From Trichodesmium erythraeum IMS101 (lineage in GTDB: Bacteria; Cyanobacteriota; Cyanobacteriia; Cyanobacteriales; Microcoleaceae): a stretch of DNA of 32,000 nucleotides. Both the position numbers and the translations under genes were made by a program. How positions within the stretch are numbered: the stretch's first letter is position 1; every line of letters starts with the position of its first letter. Shown piece after piece: positions 20,380 through 29,872 of the stretch. Location of the stretch: positions 4,650,001-4,682,000 of the forward strand of contig NC_008312.1 in assembly GCF_000014265.1 (NCBI RefSeq). The letters are read 5' to 3'. The notes beneath the pieces were generated by a model. The model ran no database searches. It was not told where the DNA came from and saw only the letters and a list, made by a program, of their open reading frames with translations.

Positions 20380-21755
20380 CGGGACTTTAGCAAATTTCAA
20401 GCCCAAACAAACCCTAAACTCTCTTTATGAGCGGTAAATACGTCGATGTTTTCATCTAACCACTCAACAAAACGATAAGATATTGCGGTACGAAATGCTT
20501 CTAAAGTATCAGTAAACGTATTTAATGGTTTGTTAGCCCAACGCCTTCTTATACCTCCTGTTAACTGATGCCAGATAATAAATGTATAAGCACAAAATAC
20601 TAAAATAAAATGCCTTTTAAGGCTGATTTTATCTCTGACTTGATATTCTCTTAATCCTAACCATCCTTTGGCTTCCCTGTAGAAAACTTCCACCCAATTT
20701 CTTTGAGAATAAGTAGAATATATCCACTCAGGAGTTACATATTTGTCTTCTCTATTAGTGATATAATAGTTAATATCAGTGGCCTCAGAAAAACTTTTAG
20801 CATTCATAACGATAGCTATAGTTTTTTGACCTGACATCCTAGATATTTCTACTTCTAATGTAGCTACCCAAACTTCTCTAGCATTTTTTGTACTTAGTTG
20901 AACTAAGTTGAAAGCTTTCTGAGGTATACTTTCTGCCAGCTTGTCTAATCTAATTTCCTCTTTAATGTCATCTTGTTTTTTAATGATGACTTTTCGATTT
21001 TTAGCTAATCCTCCTATATAAGTTAAACTTCTTTTCTCTAGTTGATTTAAGAATGATGTATTGTTACCATAGCCAAATTTCAATTAACACAATTTCTGGT
21101 TGGTGTCCTCTGGACAAACATTGATCTACTAGAGACATTGCACTCGTCTGGTTTCTTGACAAATTCTGGGTCTTTTTTTCCTTTTGGAAAAGAATCAGCT
21201 TTCTGATACAAAGCTATGTCTAAAGGTAGACTTTTAACTCCATCATAAAGATGAGTTGTCACCACGACTACACCATTATCTGTTTTTCCTATTTCTCCTA
21301 TATATTGCCGCCCTACTCCTGCAGTAAAATTACCACTTTTTCTGTGGCCTGAATCGTCTATAATTAAAGCAATAGGATCGAGAAGGTTTTGTTTGGCGAC
21401 GTTCCCACATTACTTGAAGACGACGCTCATTCACAGCATCTACAGACCAATTTGCTCGAACTAGAAAATGCCGTAATTTGTGGTACGTGTGACCTACAGT
21501 GTTGTTGGCAATTTGAGACAAGTTTTTTCGATCGCTTTCTCAAGAGTAATCCTCCTATATATTCCCTAAACCCTGTTTTTTGGGCTTTTGTTTTAAAGAC
21601 ATTGTTAAAGCGATCGCACCATCGATGGAAACAAGAGGGCATGGCCACTGAAGTTGTTTCTTTCATCAAACTTTTCCCAGGCCAGTAATTAACGTAAAAT
21701 ACATATCAGGTATACATTATACCCTTTTTTTTACTATTTTTTCACTAAAGTCCCG
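20380..21755 (-). mobile_element. IS701-like insertion sequence, copy 1 (1376 bp)
   Basis: The ends are CGGGACTTTAGcaaa... and ...tCACTAAAGTCCCG, with the outermost 11 bp forming perfect inverted repeats. It is flanked by a 4-bp direct repeat GTAT (20376-20379 and 21756-21759). It appears identical to 24715-26090 at a constant offset of 4335. Confidence 0.9.
20397..21669 (-). pseudogene. DDE transposase (IS701/IS4-superfamily-like) broken into at least 5 frame segments
   Basis: Homologous-looking segments lie in different frames. They are MMKETTSVAMPSCFHRWCDRF...FREYIGGLL, then NLSQIANNTVGHTYHKLRHFL...NERRLQVM, then ALIIDDSGHRKSGNFTAGVGRQYIGEIGKTDNGVVVVTTHLYDG...KKDPEFVKKPD, then AMSLVDQCLSRGHQPEIVLIE, then FGYGNNTSFLNQLE...YREAKGWLGLREYQVR. 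The first break is at a T6/A6 run (21523-21528). Confidence 0.85.
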
Positions 21756-22723
21756 GTATGTACGAGCTTATTTACTCAATAAGTTCGTCTATATTTGATT
21801 AACTTCAAACATCAGTCAGTATGCTCCATAATAGGTAAATTTTTATCAAGAATTCCTATTCCCAAAAAGTTTGGATGACGACAGAAAATGACTTAGCCTG
21901 GAAATAAAATCCGCAAACCTTTAAAGAATAAATTGAGATGAAAAATTAGAGAGCATAAATTTTTTTTGAGATAATTATGTAGGAAAATATTCCAGGGAGT
22001 AGCTTCGGAATTAGCCATAGTTAAAATCAATTCACAATAAACAATATTTTGATTTGCTTCGGTTATGAGTTTGAGTTACTATTTATCAGTAATTACCGCT
22101 TCAAATAGAGGCTTGAACCATAATTTTTTTTGTAATTAAAAACTTTAATATCCACAACAAATTAACGAACTATAAAAATTGATATTATATATAATTTTTA
22201 CTTTAAATTGTATAAAAAATATATGAGCAAAAAGAAACATATATAATAATTTCTGTTTTTTTTATAAAACCTAATTTTTTTATAAGCTTTTAGTCTTCTT
22301 GTATATAAGACCATTTATAAAAAAACTTTTCTATTTTTCTTAATAGTATGGGATCGAGGATTGATTAGGGAGATTTGAGATAAGTGTGAAGAATGAGGTA
22401 GGTGTGTTTTATATAAGATTCCTATAAAAGAAAAATCATTAAGGAGCTAATTGCTAATAATTATCAAAAAAAAATGTTGCATATATTTTCATTAATCAAT
22501 AATTGAAGTATTACTTAAATATAGTATTAATACATGATAAAATATAATTATATAAGTAAATTTTAGAAAGTTATGTTATAATGTTAAATTAAATTTGTAT
22601 AGGTACTTATGACAAAAGAATGAGGGTTCAAGTCTCCCCCTTTTAATGAGATGAAAAAAATATTCGATTCAGTATTTTAAGCCAGATTATAAATGTGGTT
22701 GGTACTGATAGCTGACAATTGAC

Positions 22724-23209
22724 ATGACAACTAAGATAATGAATGAATCATTAATTAAAGCATTACTCAAAGATTTACAAAAATCTGATGAGTTGACTAG
22801 AAATCAAGCTACAAGTGAACTGTGGAGAATTTGGTTTGAGGAAAAAGGTGTTGCTGGTTTAGAAGCAATTAGACGCTCAGAATATTGGCTGCAGGTTGGA
22901 GAAGTTCAGCAGGGAAAAGAAATTTTAAATCAATTAATTGAGGATATACCAGATTTTGGAGAAGCTTGGAATCGAAGAGCGGTTCTTTATTATACTTTAG
23001 GACACTATAGGCAGGCAGTCAAGGATTGTGAAATGGTAGTTAAGTTGAATCCTTTCCATTTTGGTGCTTGGCATGGTTTAGGATTATGTTATTTAGCATT
23101 GGAAGAATATCGAGAGGCTATTTTGGCTTTTAAAAAAGCTTTAGAAATTCAGCCTTATTCTATTCAAAATCAGAGGTTTATTTTGGAATGTACGGCGAGG
23201 TTGAGCTAG
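22724..23209 (+). CDS. TPR-repeat protein
   Basis: The 161-aa ORF has tandem TPR-like units (EAWNRRAVLYYTLGHYRQAVKDCEMVVKLNP, GAWHGLGLCYLALEEYREAILAFKKALEIQP). Confidence 0.8.
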   Translation: MTTKIMNESLIKALLKDLQKSDELTRNQATSELWRIWFEEKGVAGLEAIRRSEYWLQVGEVQQGKEILNQLIEDIPDFGEAWNRRAVLYYTLGHYRQAVKDCEMVVKLNPFHFGAWHGLGLCYLALEEYREAILAFKKALEIQPYSIQNQRFILECTARLS

Positions 23210-23510
23210 ATATATTGAAGGAAGATAAAAGCAAGATAAAGCAATAAAAAAATTAGATGAGGATACGGATAAATACAGTTCAGTTAAGGTTTTTTTGCCT
23301 GTTCTGTAGTCTGAAAAACTCATCTAATATTTCGATACAGACTTGAGTTTTGGTATGATCTAAATCTTATTACTGTCTAAGGGGGATTTGGTATCAATAC
23401 TTATGAAAATAAATTATTTAGAATATGATTATTTAAGTTTTATGGATGGTTTTGTGGATGAGAGATTTTGGGTTAAACTATGATTCAGAATTAATCCAAA
23501 ATTTTTATTG

Positions 23511-24395
23511 ATGCCAATGTTTCCTGATTTTTTGCCAAAATTAACTGCAAGTCTGACTGAATCTATATCTATTGATTTTGCTCAAAATATTCAGTCTGAA
23601 TCAATTTTTACTCCTTTGATTTCTCAACCAATTAATACTACTTTTTTATCGAAAGGTCAGGGTGGTACTCCAATTTTATTACTACATGGTTTTGATAGTT
23701 CTATTTTGGAATTTCGTCGTATTTTGCCATTACTTGCTATTCAAAATAAAACTTTGGCAGTGGATTTATTAGGGTTTGGTTTTACGGATAGATTGCCTAA
23801 TTTAAAAGTTAATCCACGAGCGATCGGTACTCATCTTTATTATTTCTGGAAAAGTTTGATTAATCAACCTATAATTTTGGTGGGTGCTTCTATGGGCGGT
23901 GCTGTTGCTATTGATTTTACTCTGAATTATCCAGAGGTTGTACAAAAGTTGGTATTAATTGATAGTGCTGGATTAAAAAATAATCCTATTATTAGTAAGT
24001 TTATATTTCCTCCACTTGACTATTTAGCTACGGAATTTTTGCGCCGTCCCCAAGTGCGAGATAATATTAGTCGTAGTGCTTATTTTGATAAAAGTTTTGC
24101 TAGTTCAGATGCTAATATTTGTGCGAGATTACATCTAGAAATGCCTGGTTGGAATAAAGCTTTAATTTCTTTTACTAAAAGTGGTGGGTATGGTAGTTTT
24201 AAACAAAAATTGCATTTAATTCAGCAGCAAACTTTGATTTTGTGGGGAGAAAATGATAATATTTTGGGGGTTGGTGATGCTGATAAATTTGTGAAAGCGA
24301 TCGCTAATTCTGAACTAATTTGGATTCCTAGTTGTGGTCATGTTCCTCACTTAGAAAAATCAGAAGTTACTGCTAATTATATTCTTGATTTTTAA
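23511..24395 (+). CDS. Alpha/beta-fold hydrolase
   Basis: The ORF has an oxyanion-region LLLHGFDSS, a nucleophile elbow GASMGG, and a late CGHVPHLE (catalytic His region). I prefer the ATG at 23511 to the TTG at 23508 in the track. Confidence 0.85.
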   Translation: MPMFPDFLPKLTASLTESISIDFAQNIQSESIFTPLISQPINTTFLSKGQGGTPILLLHGFDSSILEFRRILPLLAIQNKTLAVDLLGFGFTDRLPNLKVNPRAIGTHLYYFWKSLINQPIILVGASMGGAVAIDFTLNYPEVVQKLVLIDSAGLKNNPIISKFIFPPLDYLATEFLRRPQVRDNISRSAYFDKSFASSDANICARLHLEMPGWNKALISFTKSGGYGSFKQKLHLIQQQTLILWGENDNILGVGDADKFVKAIANSELIWIPSCGHVPHLEKSEVTANYILDF

Positions 24396-24714
24396 GCTAT
24401 CAATACTCAGTTTCATGATCTTTGGCCGACAAGTAAAACTGATCATTTTTTTGCCCCAATATATTTCTCCAGCTCAGGATATTTTGTTTGCTAGTTCTCA
24501 CTCCCTGCACAGCAAAAAGATATTTCAGTTTGCGATCGCTACTTCCCAACATCCTGAGAGGTTCTTGTCTCCCTCCTTAAAAAAGCCAAAATCTTGATAT
24601 ACTAAGCTTTTCCCCTTTTCAAAGGGGGGAGTGGGGCGATCCAAAACCGTACCTCATAAATTATAGAAAATTAAGAAAATTAGAGAGCTATTTCAAAATA
24701 TAGCAAAGTTATAG

Positions 24715-26090
24715 CGGGACTTTAGCAAATTTCAAGCCCAAACAAACCCTAAACTCTCTTTATGAGCGGTAAATACGTCGATGTTTTCATCTAACCACTC
24801 AACAAAACGATAAGATATTGCGGTACGAAATGCTTCTAAAGTATCAGTAAACGTATTTAATGGTTTGTTAGCCCAACGCCTTCTTATACCTCCTGTTAAC
24901 TGATGCCAGATAATAAATGTATAAGCACAAAATACTAAAATAAAATGCCTTTTAAGGCTGATTTTATCTCTGACTTGATATTCTCTTAATCCTAACCATC
25001 CTTTGGCTTCCCTGTAGAAAACTTCCACCCAATTTCTTTGAGAATAAGTAGAATATATCCACTCAGGAGTTACATATTTGTCTTCTCTATTAGTGATATA
25101 ATAGTTAATATCAGTGGCCTCAGAAAAACTTTTAGCATTCATAACGATAGCTATAGTTTTTTGACCTGACATCCTAGATATTTCTACTTCTAATGTAGCT
25201 ACCCAAACTTCTCTAGCATTTTTTGTACTTAGTTGAACTAAGTTGAAAGCTTTCTGAGGTATACTTTCTGCCAGCTTGTCTAATCTAATTTCCTCTTTAA
25301 TGTCATCTTGTTTTTTAATGATGACTTTTCGATTTTTAGCTAATCCTCCTATATAAGTTAAACTTCTTTTCTCTAGTTGATTTAAGAATGATGTATTGTT
25401 ACCATAGCCAAATTTCAATTAACACAATTTCTGGTTGGTGTCCTCTGGACAAACATTGATCTACTAGAGACATTGCACTCGTCTGGTTTCTTGACAAATT
25501 CTGGGTCTTTTTTTCCTTTTGGAAAAGAATCAGCTTTCTGATACAAAGCTATGTCTAAAGGTAGACTTTTAACTCCATCATAAAGATGAGTTGTCACCAC
25601 GACTACACCATTATCTGTTTTTCCTATTTCTCCTATATATTGCCGCCCTACTCCTGCAGTAAAATTACCACTTTTTCTGTGGCCTGAATCGTCTATAATT
25701 AAAGCAATAGGATCGAGAAGGTTTTGTTTGGCGACGTTCCCACATTACTTGAAGACGACGCTCATTCACAGCATCTACAGACCAATTTGCTCGAACTAGA
25801 AAATGCCGTAATTTGTGGTACGTGTGACCTACAGTGTTGTTGGCAATTTGAGACAAGTTTTTTCGATCGCTTTCTCAAGAGTAATCCTCCTATATATTCC
25901 CTAAACCCTGTTTTTTGGGCTTTTGTTTTAAAGACATTGTTAAAGCGATCGCACCATCGATGGAAACAAGAGGGCATGGCCACTGAAGTTGTTTCTTTCA
26001 TCAAACTTTTCCCAGGCCAGTAATTAACGTAAAATACATATCAGGTATACATTATACCCTTTTTTTTACTATTTTTTCACTAAAGTCCCG
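24715..26090 (-). mobile_element. IS701-like insertion sequence, copy 2 (1376 bp)
   Basis: It has the same ends as copy 1 and is flanked by a different 4-bp direct repeat, ATAG (24711-24714 and 26091-26094). All five tracked internal ORFs translate identically to those of copy 1. Confidence 0.9.
24732..26004 (-). pseudogene. DDE transposase, same frame-broken allele as copy 1
   Basis: The ORFs 24732-25418, 25415-25600, 25665-25856 and 25762-26004 are identical in sequence to their copy-1 counterparts. Confidence 0.85.
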
Positions 26091-26242
26091 ATAGTAAGGA
26101 TAGTTAGAAACAGAAAAGTTAGAGGTAAGTTTTCATTTTGTTACATAGCCACAAGTTCTAACGGCTGTCTACTTAGTTGTCATCAAAAATTTGGCATCAA
26201 CCTCCAACTTTTGAAAAGCTTTTCATTATTATAGAGGAATTT

Positions 26243-26575
26243 ATGGTTAAGCTAAGTTCTAAAAATTTATCCCAGTTTACTTTTAACGGAGGAGCAAATA
26301 GAGTAGGTAAAACTTTATCGTTTGATCCTGACGAAAAACGCGGTAGTGCTTTTTACTTCAAAAAAATTAAGCTTGGTAAAGATACTTCTTTTCAAACTAA
26401 TTTTCGATATCAACCAGAATGGTCTCCTTCACTAACATTTATGCTACAGAATGACCCAAGGCAAGATAATGCTTTATCAAGTACCGTAGCTAGTGGCAGC
26501 TATGGTATTGCATCAAGCATAGGTATAGAATTAGATGGCTACTCCGGCAGGGATGTTACAGCACTTTTCAGGTAA
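26243..26575 (+). pseudogene. Remnant of a lectin-like (legume-lectin/ConA-fold type) domain gene, interrupted by IS630
   Basis: From the ATG at 26243 (GAGGAA upstream) it reads MVKLSSKNLSQFTFNGGANRVGKTLSFDPDEKRGSAFYFKKIKLGKDTSFQTNFRY...LTFMLQNDP...SIGIELDGY. This resembles the N-terminal half of bacterial lectin domains (xFxFNG, GSAF, SFxTxF, xFxLQ, ExDxY). The reading frame enters the IS630 end at 26559. After conceptual excision only about 29 more codons remain before a stop. Confidence 0.45.
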
Positions 26576-27586
26576 TTGAACCACAAAGTGCGGTAAAATG
26601 GGTTTGATGTAATTGTTAAATTTAATGCCAGTATCGTATTCGAGTGATTTGCGTCGTCGCGTGATTATAGCTTGGGAAGCAAAAGAAGGCTCTCAACGTC
26701 AGTTGGCTGAAAGATTTAAGGTCAGCTTGTCTATGGTACAAAATTTGTTGCGTCATTATCGTCACTCTTGGACAAATTGAGGCCAAACGACGTGGAGGAT
26801 ATCAGCAGCCAATAATTTCCTATGATAATCTCAACATCATCAAATCTCTGGTAGAGGAGAAAAATGACTTATTGCTGAGAGAATTATGCGCTCGCTATCA
26901 AGAAACAACAGGAATTAGGGTGAGTATCTCCACAATGCATCGCGCCGTAGAAAAATTAGGCTTACGGTGCAAAAAAAAAGTCTTTATGCCAGTGAGCAAG
27001 ATACCCCAAGAGTCCAAGAGTTAAGACATGACTATCGACGTTGGTTAGATAAAATTGATGTCAGAAATTTAGTATTTGTTGATGAAGCCCGAATAAATTT
27101 GTCAATGTCTCGTTTATTCGCCAGAGCCGTAGATGGGGAACGAGCTGTTGGTAGTATCCCAGGTAGCAAGGGTGGAAATGTTTCTTTGATTGGTGCTTTG
27201 AACCTGGATGGACTGATTGCGTCGATGACTGTACCAGGAAGTACAAATACTGAGGTATTTATCACTTTATTAAACCCAGGTCTTACTACCTCAGTTGTGG
27301 CAAGGGGCAATCGTGGTAATGGATAATCTCAAGGTTCATCATGCTGAACGTGTCAGAGTTGCCATTGAGTCCGTCGGTGCTCAAGTCAAGTTTTTGCCCC
27401 CTTACTCTCCTGATTTATCACAAGTGTGAGCTTTGTTGGTCGAAACTGAAGCAATTTCTCCGTTCTTGTGAGGCACGTACCCATGAATCACTGGAGCAAG
27501 CAATGGCTGAAGTTGTAAATTTCATTACTGAAGATGATGCCTTCGGTTGGTTCAACCACTGTGCTCTATTTACCTGAAAATTGCTG
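26559..27586 (+). mobile_element. IS630-family insertion sequence (1028 bp)
   Basis: The terminal inverted repeats CAGCAcTTTTCAGGTAAtT and the reverse complement of the right end CAGCAaTTTTCAGGTAAaT match at 17/19. It is flanked by TA on both sides (26557-26558 and 27587-27588), the hallmark IS630/Tc1-mariner target duplication. Confidence 0.85.
26625..27577 (+). pseudogene. IS630-family DDE transposase, frame-broken
   Basis: The segments are MPVSYSSDLRRRVIIAWEAKEGSQRQLAERFKVS (HTH), then GQIEAKRRGGYQQP...ISTMHRAVEKLGL, then KKKSLYASEQDTPRVQ...VFVDEA (first D), then [16 protein letters not shown] (second D) ...[10 protein letters not shown], then ELCWSKLKQFLRS (E region). They lie in shifting frames. 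One break is at an A9 run (26971-26979). Confidence 0.8.
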
Positions 27587-27909
27587 TAAACAAAAAACAG
27601 GGCTTGAATTTTGCCAATGTCGTCAGGCAAAAATTAAAAAAAATTATATTGCTTGTGCTATGGAGCCTGTGGAATAATTTGAAAAAAATAGCAAATTTTC
27701 TAGGAAAAACCATTTATCAACTGAAATATCAATTGTCATCTAAATATCTAGTCTCTGAACTAAAATATCCGACAATTAAAATGACAGTTATTGAAATTTT
27801 TATAGACTTTTTAAAACCAGCAAAACTAGGGAATGGCTATAATCTTTTAAGCGATCGCTCTATGAATAGCATACACTATATATAGTGTCCTTGTGTAAGT
27901 CATTTATGT

Positions 27910-28098
27910 TTACCAAGCTGCCCCTAAATAAATTCGGTAATTACTCAAAACCCATTTTTGCAAGCAGTTCATGATCGCAATCACAGCTTGGACAAATTCC
28001 CTAGTATCTATGTCAAAGTCGCGGAGAAACCTTTGTAGGCGTTTGTAATTATAACTTACTTGGGCATTAGATGAAAATGCAGCCGCTATTTGTACCAA
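27910..28098 (-). pseudogene. Short N-terminal fragment of an IS4-like transposase
   Basis: The sequence NINLVQIAAAFSSNAQVSYNYKRLQRFLRDFDIDTREFVQAVIAIMNCLQKWVLS resembles the conserved N-terminal region of cyanobacterial IS4-family transposases as I recall them. There is a stop immediately upstream, and it is truncated after about 62 codons. Confidence 0.5.
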
Positions 28099-28500
28099 GT
28101 TGATATTTCTCTAAATACAGCCTAGATAAATAAAACGATAAATTTAATTCTGGCTCCATGGCAAGAAAAGTCCTTGTTTAAAGTTTTTTGTAGTCAACTA
28201 ATATCTCAAATATTCAGGTTTCATAGACATTATGGCTTAACTTCTAAGAAACCTTTTCCTATTCTATAAGTCAAGCTTTTTGTCTGGTACCTAATAAAAC
28301 CAATCTCATTAGTCATTCCATAAAACAAACATAGGATTTTTTTTTGATAGACTCAGATATAATCTGCTTCTGATAAAATACAGAAGTAATTTTCTTTCAC
28401 TTTTTTTTACAGTCCAGATACCTCCCATTCCTCAAAAAAAACTAGGAAAATAGGAGGTAATATTTAATCTACAACAGCAGTAACTATAAGCCTAACCTAG

Positions 28501-28791
28501 CTATTCCAACGCTTTACCAAAAATGAATTGACTAGGTTTCATATCTGTACGTTCATTTTCCATTCCTAATAAACGAGTTTTTTCAGACTCTGAAACATTA
28601 TCAGTATTGGGTTGAGTATTATATTTGACAACCCGATAGGTAAAATTATAATTTTTTTCCATTACTGATGCCTTTTTCGCATACCGAAATCGAATATCTA
28701 GACCAAGATACTTGCCTACAGTTACACTAGTTACTGTTTCTACAACAGGGGAATTATATTCATAACTAATCCCACGATATTTAAGTTTCAT
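28501..28791 (-). CDS. DUF4278-family small protein
   Basis: The 96-aa ORF begins MKLKYRGISYEYNSPVVET...GKY.G, the signature N-terminus of the cyanobacterial DUF4278 family. Confidence 0.7.
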   Translation of the reverse strand: MKLKYRGISYEYNSPVVETVTSVTVGKYLGLDIRFRYAKKASVMEKNYNFTYRVVKYNTQPNTDNVSESEKTRLLGMENERTDMKPSQFIFGKALE

Positions 28792-29317
28792 AGATCTTAC
28801 CTCTTAATTGCAGAGTATTTGAGGTAAATTCCTTCAGGATGTTTCCTTACTTCCGTCTTCTGAGAAGATGAACGCTTAAATTTTTTCTATCCAATTATCA
28901 CTGAGAACTTTTCCAAGCTTTAAAAAATTCTATATTTATTTATCTTTTCTGCTAAAAGCTTTTTGGTCTGGACTTTTACTCCACATTCTGATAAAAGATA
29001 AAATTAATCAAAGCTTAAAATGCTTAATCAAATACACATAACTGATTTTAGGCACCCTGTATCTGAAACCCTTGATATTTGGTTCTCAGCTAATCGTTGA
29101 AACTATTCAAAGATTCTTTAGCTGCCTAACATCAGATACATAAATAATAGAGTTATTGGAAATTAAGCCCCTAAAATAGCTAACACCCAAAACAAGTCCA
29201 AGAGGGCGTACTTTTGAGGATTAAAATTCTGAAAATTTTACAGAGTAATCTTTTGAGCATTTTATTTTTTTTCCAAACAACTCTAATATTAATCTTCAAG
29301 CTCTAGGAGGAAGACTA

Positions 29318-29872
29318 TTGCAAATACTTCTACGCCTGTCCCGAATAATTGATGATTTGAATGAGCGAATTGGACGCCTAACTTATGGCTTAGTCATACT
29401 AATGGTCTTAGTTGGTTTTTGGAATGTGATTGGACGCTATCTAGGTAGGACTATTGGTCAAAACTTAACTTCTAATGCTTTTATTGAAATCCAGTGGTAT
29501 ATTTTTGACCTGGTTTTTCTTCTGGGTAGTGCTTATTCACTAAAACACAATGAACACGTTCGTGTAGACATTTTTTATACTAAGTGGAGTCCCAAAAGAA
29601 AAGCTCTAGCTAACTTAATTGGTACAATATTTTTCTTAATTCCCTTTAGCATTATTATAGTCGTAGTTTCCTGGGGTGCTGTTTTAAATTCCTGGGCTAT
29701 CTTTGAAACTTCCCCTGACCCTGGTGGGTTACCCCGTTACCCAATTAAAACAATGATTATAGTTAGCTTTATATTATTATTTCTTCAAGGAATTTCTGAA
29801 GCAATTAAAAATTTTGCAGTTTTGACAGGTAAATTAGCCCCCCATCAGGAGTCTCATGAGTCTGAGTTTTGA
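29318..29872 (+). CDS. dctQ: TRAP transporter small permease subunit
   Basis: The 184-aa ORF has a TTG start with GGAGGA about 10 nt upstream and four hydrophobic segments. It overlaps the following dctM by 17 nt, the typical DctQ-DctM arrangement. Confidence 0.8.
   Translation: MQILLRLSRIIDDLNERIGRLTYGLVILMVLVGFWNVIGRYLGRTIGQNLTSNAFIEIQWYIFDLVFLLGSAYSLKHNEHVRVDIFYTKWSPKRKALANLIGTIFFLIPFSIIIVVVSWGAVLNSWAIFETSPDPGGLPRYPIKTMIIVSFILLFLQGISEAIKNFAVLTGKLAPHQESHESEF

Noticed and set aside
21389-21688. 99-aa plus-strand ORF inside the IS701-like element (also at 25724-26023)
   Set aside because: It is antisense to the N-terminal transposase segments and has no recognisable motif. It is present twice only because the whole IS is duplicated.
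22622-22640. tRNA-like T-arm motif GAGGGTTCAAGTCTCCCCC in the AT-rich spacer upstream of the TPR gene
   Set aside because: The GGTTCAAGTC loop consensus is present, but the flanking bases do not form a proper 5-bp T-stem (GAGGG versus CTCCC). I could find no acceptor stem, anticodon arm or D-arm upstream. At best it is a tRNA 3' fragment or att-site relic.
23141-23323. 60-aa minus-strand ORF overlapping the 3' end of the TPR gene
   Set aside because: It overlaps a well-supported gene on the opposite strand and has no supporting signals.
24385-24597. 70-aa plus-strand ORF overlapping the hydrolase stop, and the CCCCTTTTCAAAGGGG hairpin at about 24613-24630
   Set aside because: The ORF has no RBS, has odd composition and starts inside the preceding gene. 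The hairpin is short, lies 220 nt from the nearest stop and has no T-run.
20380-26090. Composite transposon formed by the two IS copies
   Set aside because: Each copy has its own matching 4-bp duplication (GTAT/GTAT and ATAG/ATAG), while the outermost flanks differ. This supports two independent insertions rather than movement of the bracketed unit.
27547-27885. 112-aa plus-strand ORF spanning the IS630 right end and downstream DNA
   Set aside because: It begins inside the IS terminal repeat, has a K/L/I/N-rich low-complexity translation and shows no family resemblance. It is probably non-coding remnant DNA.
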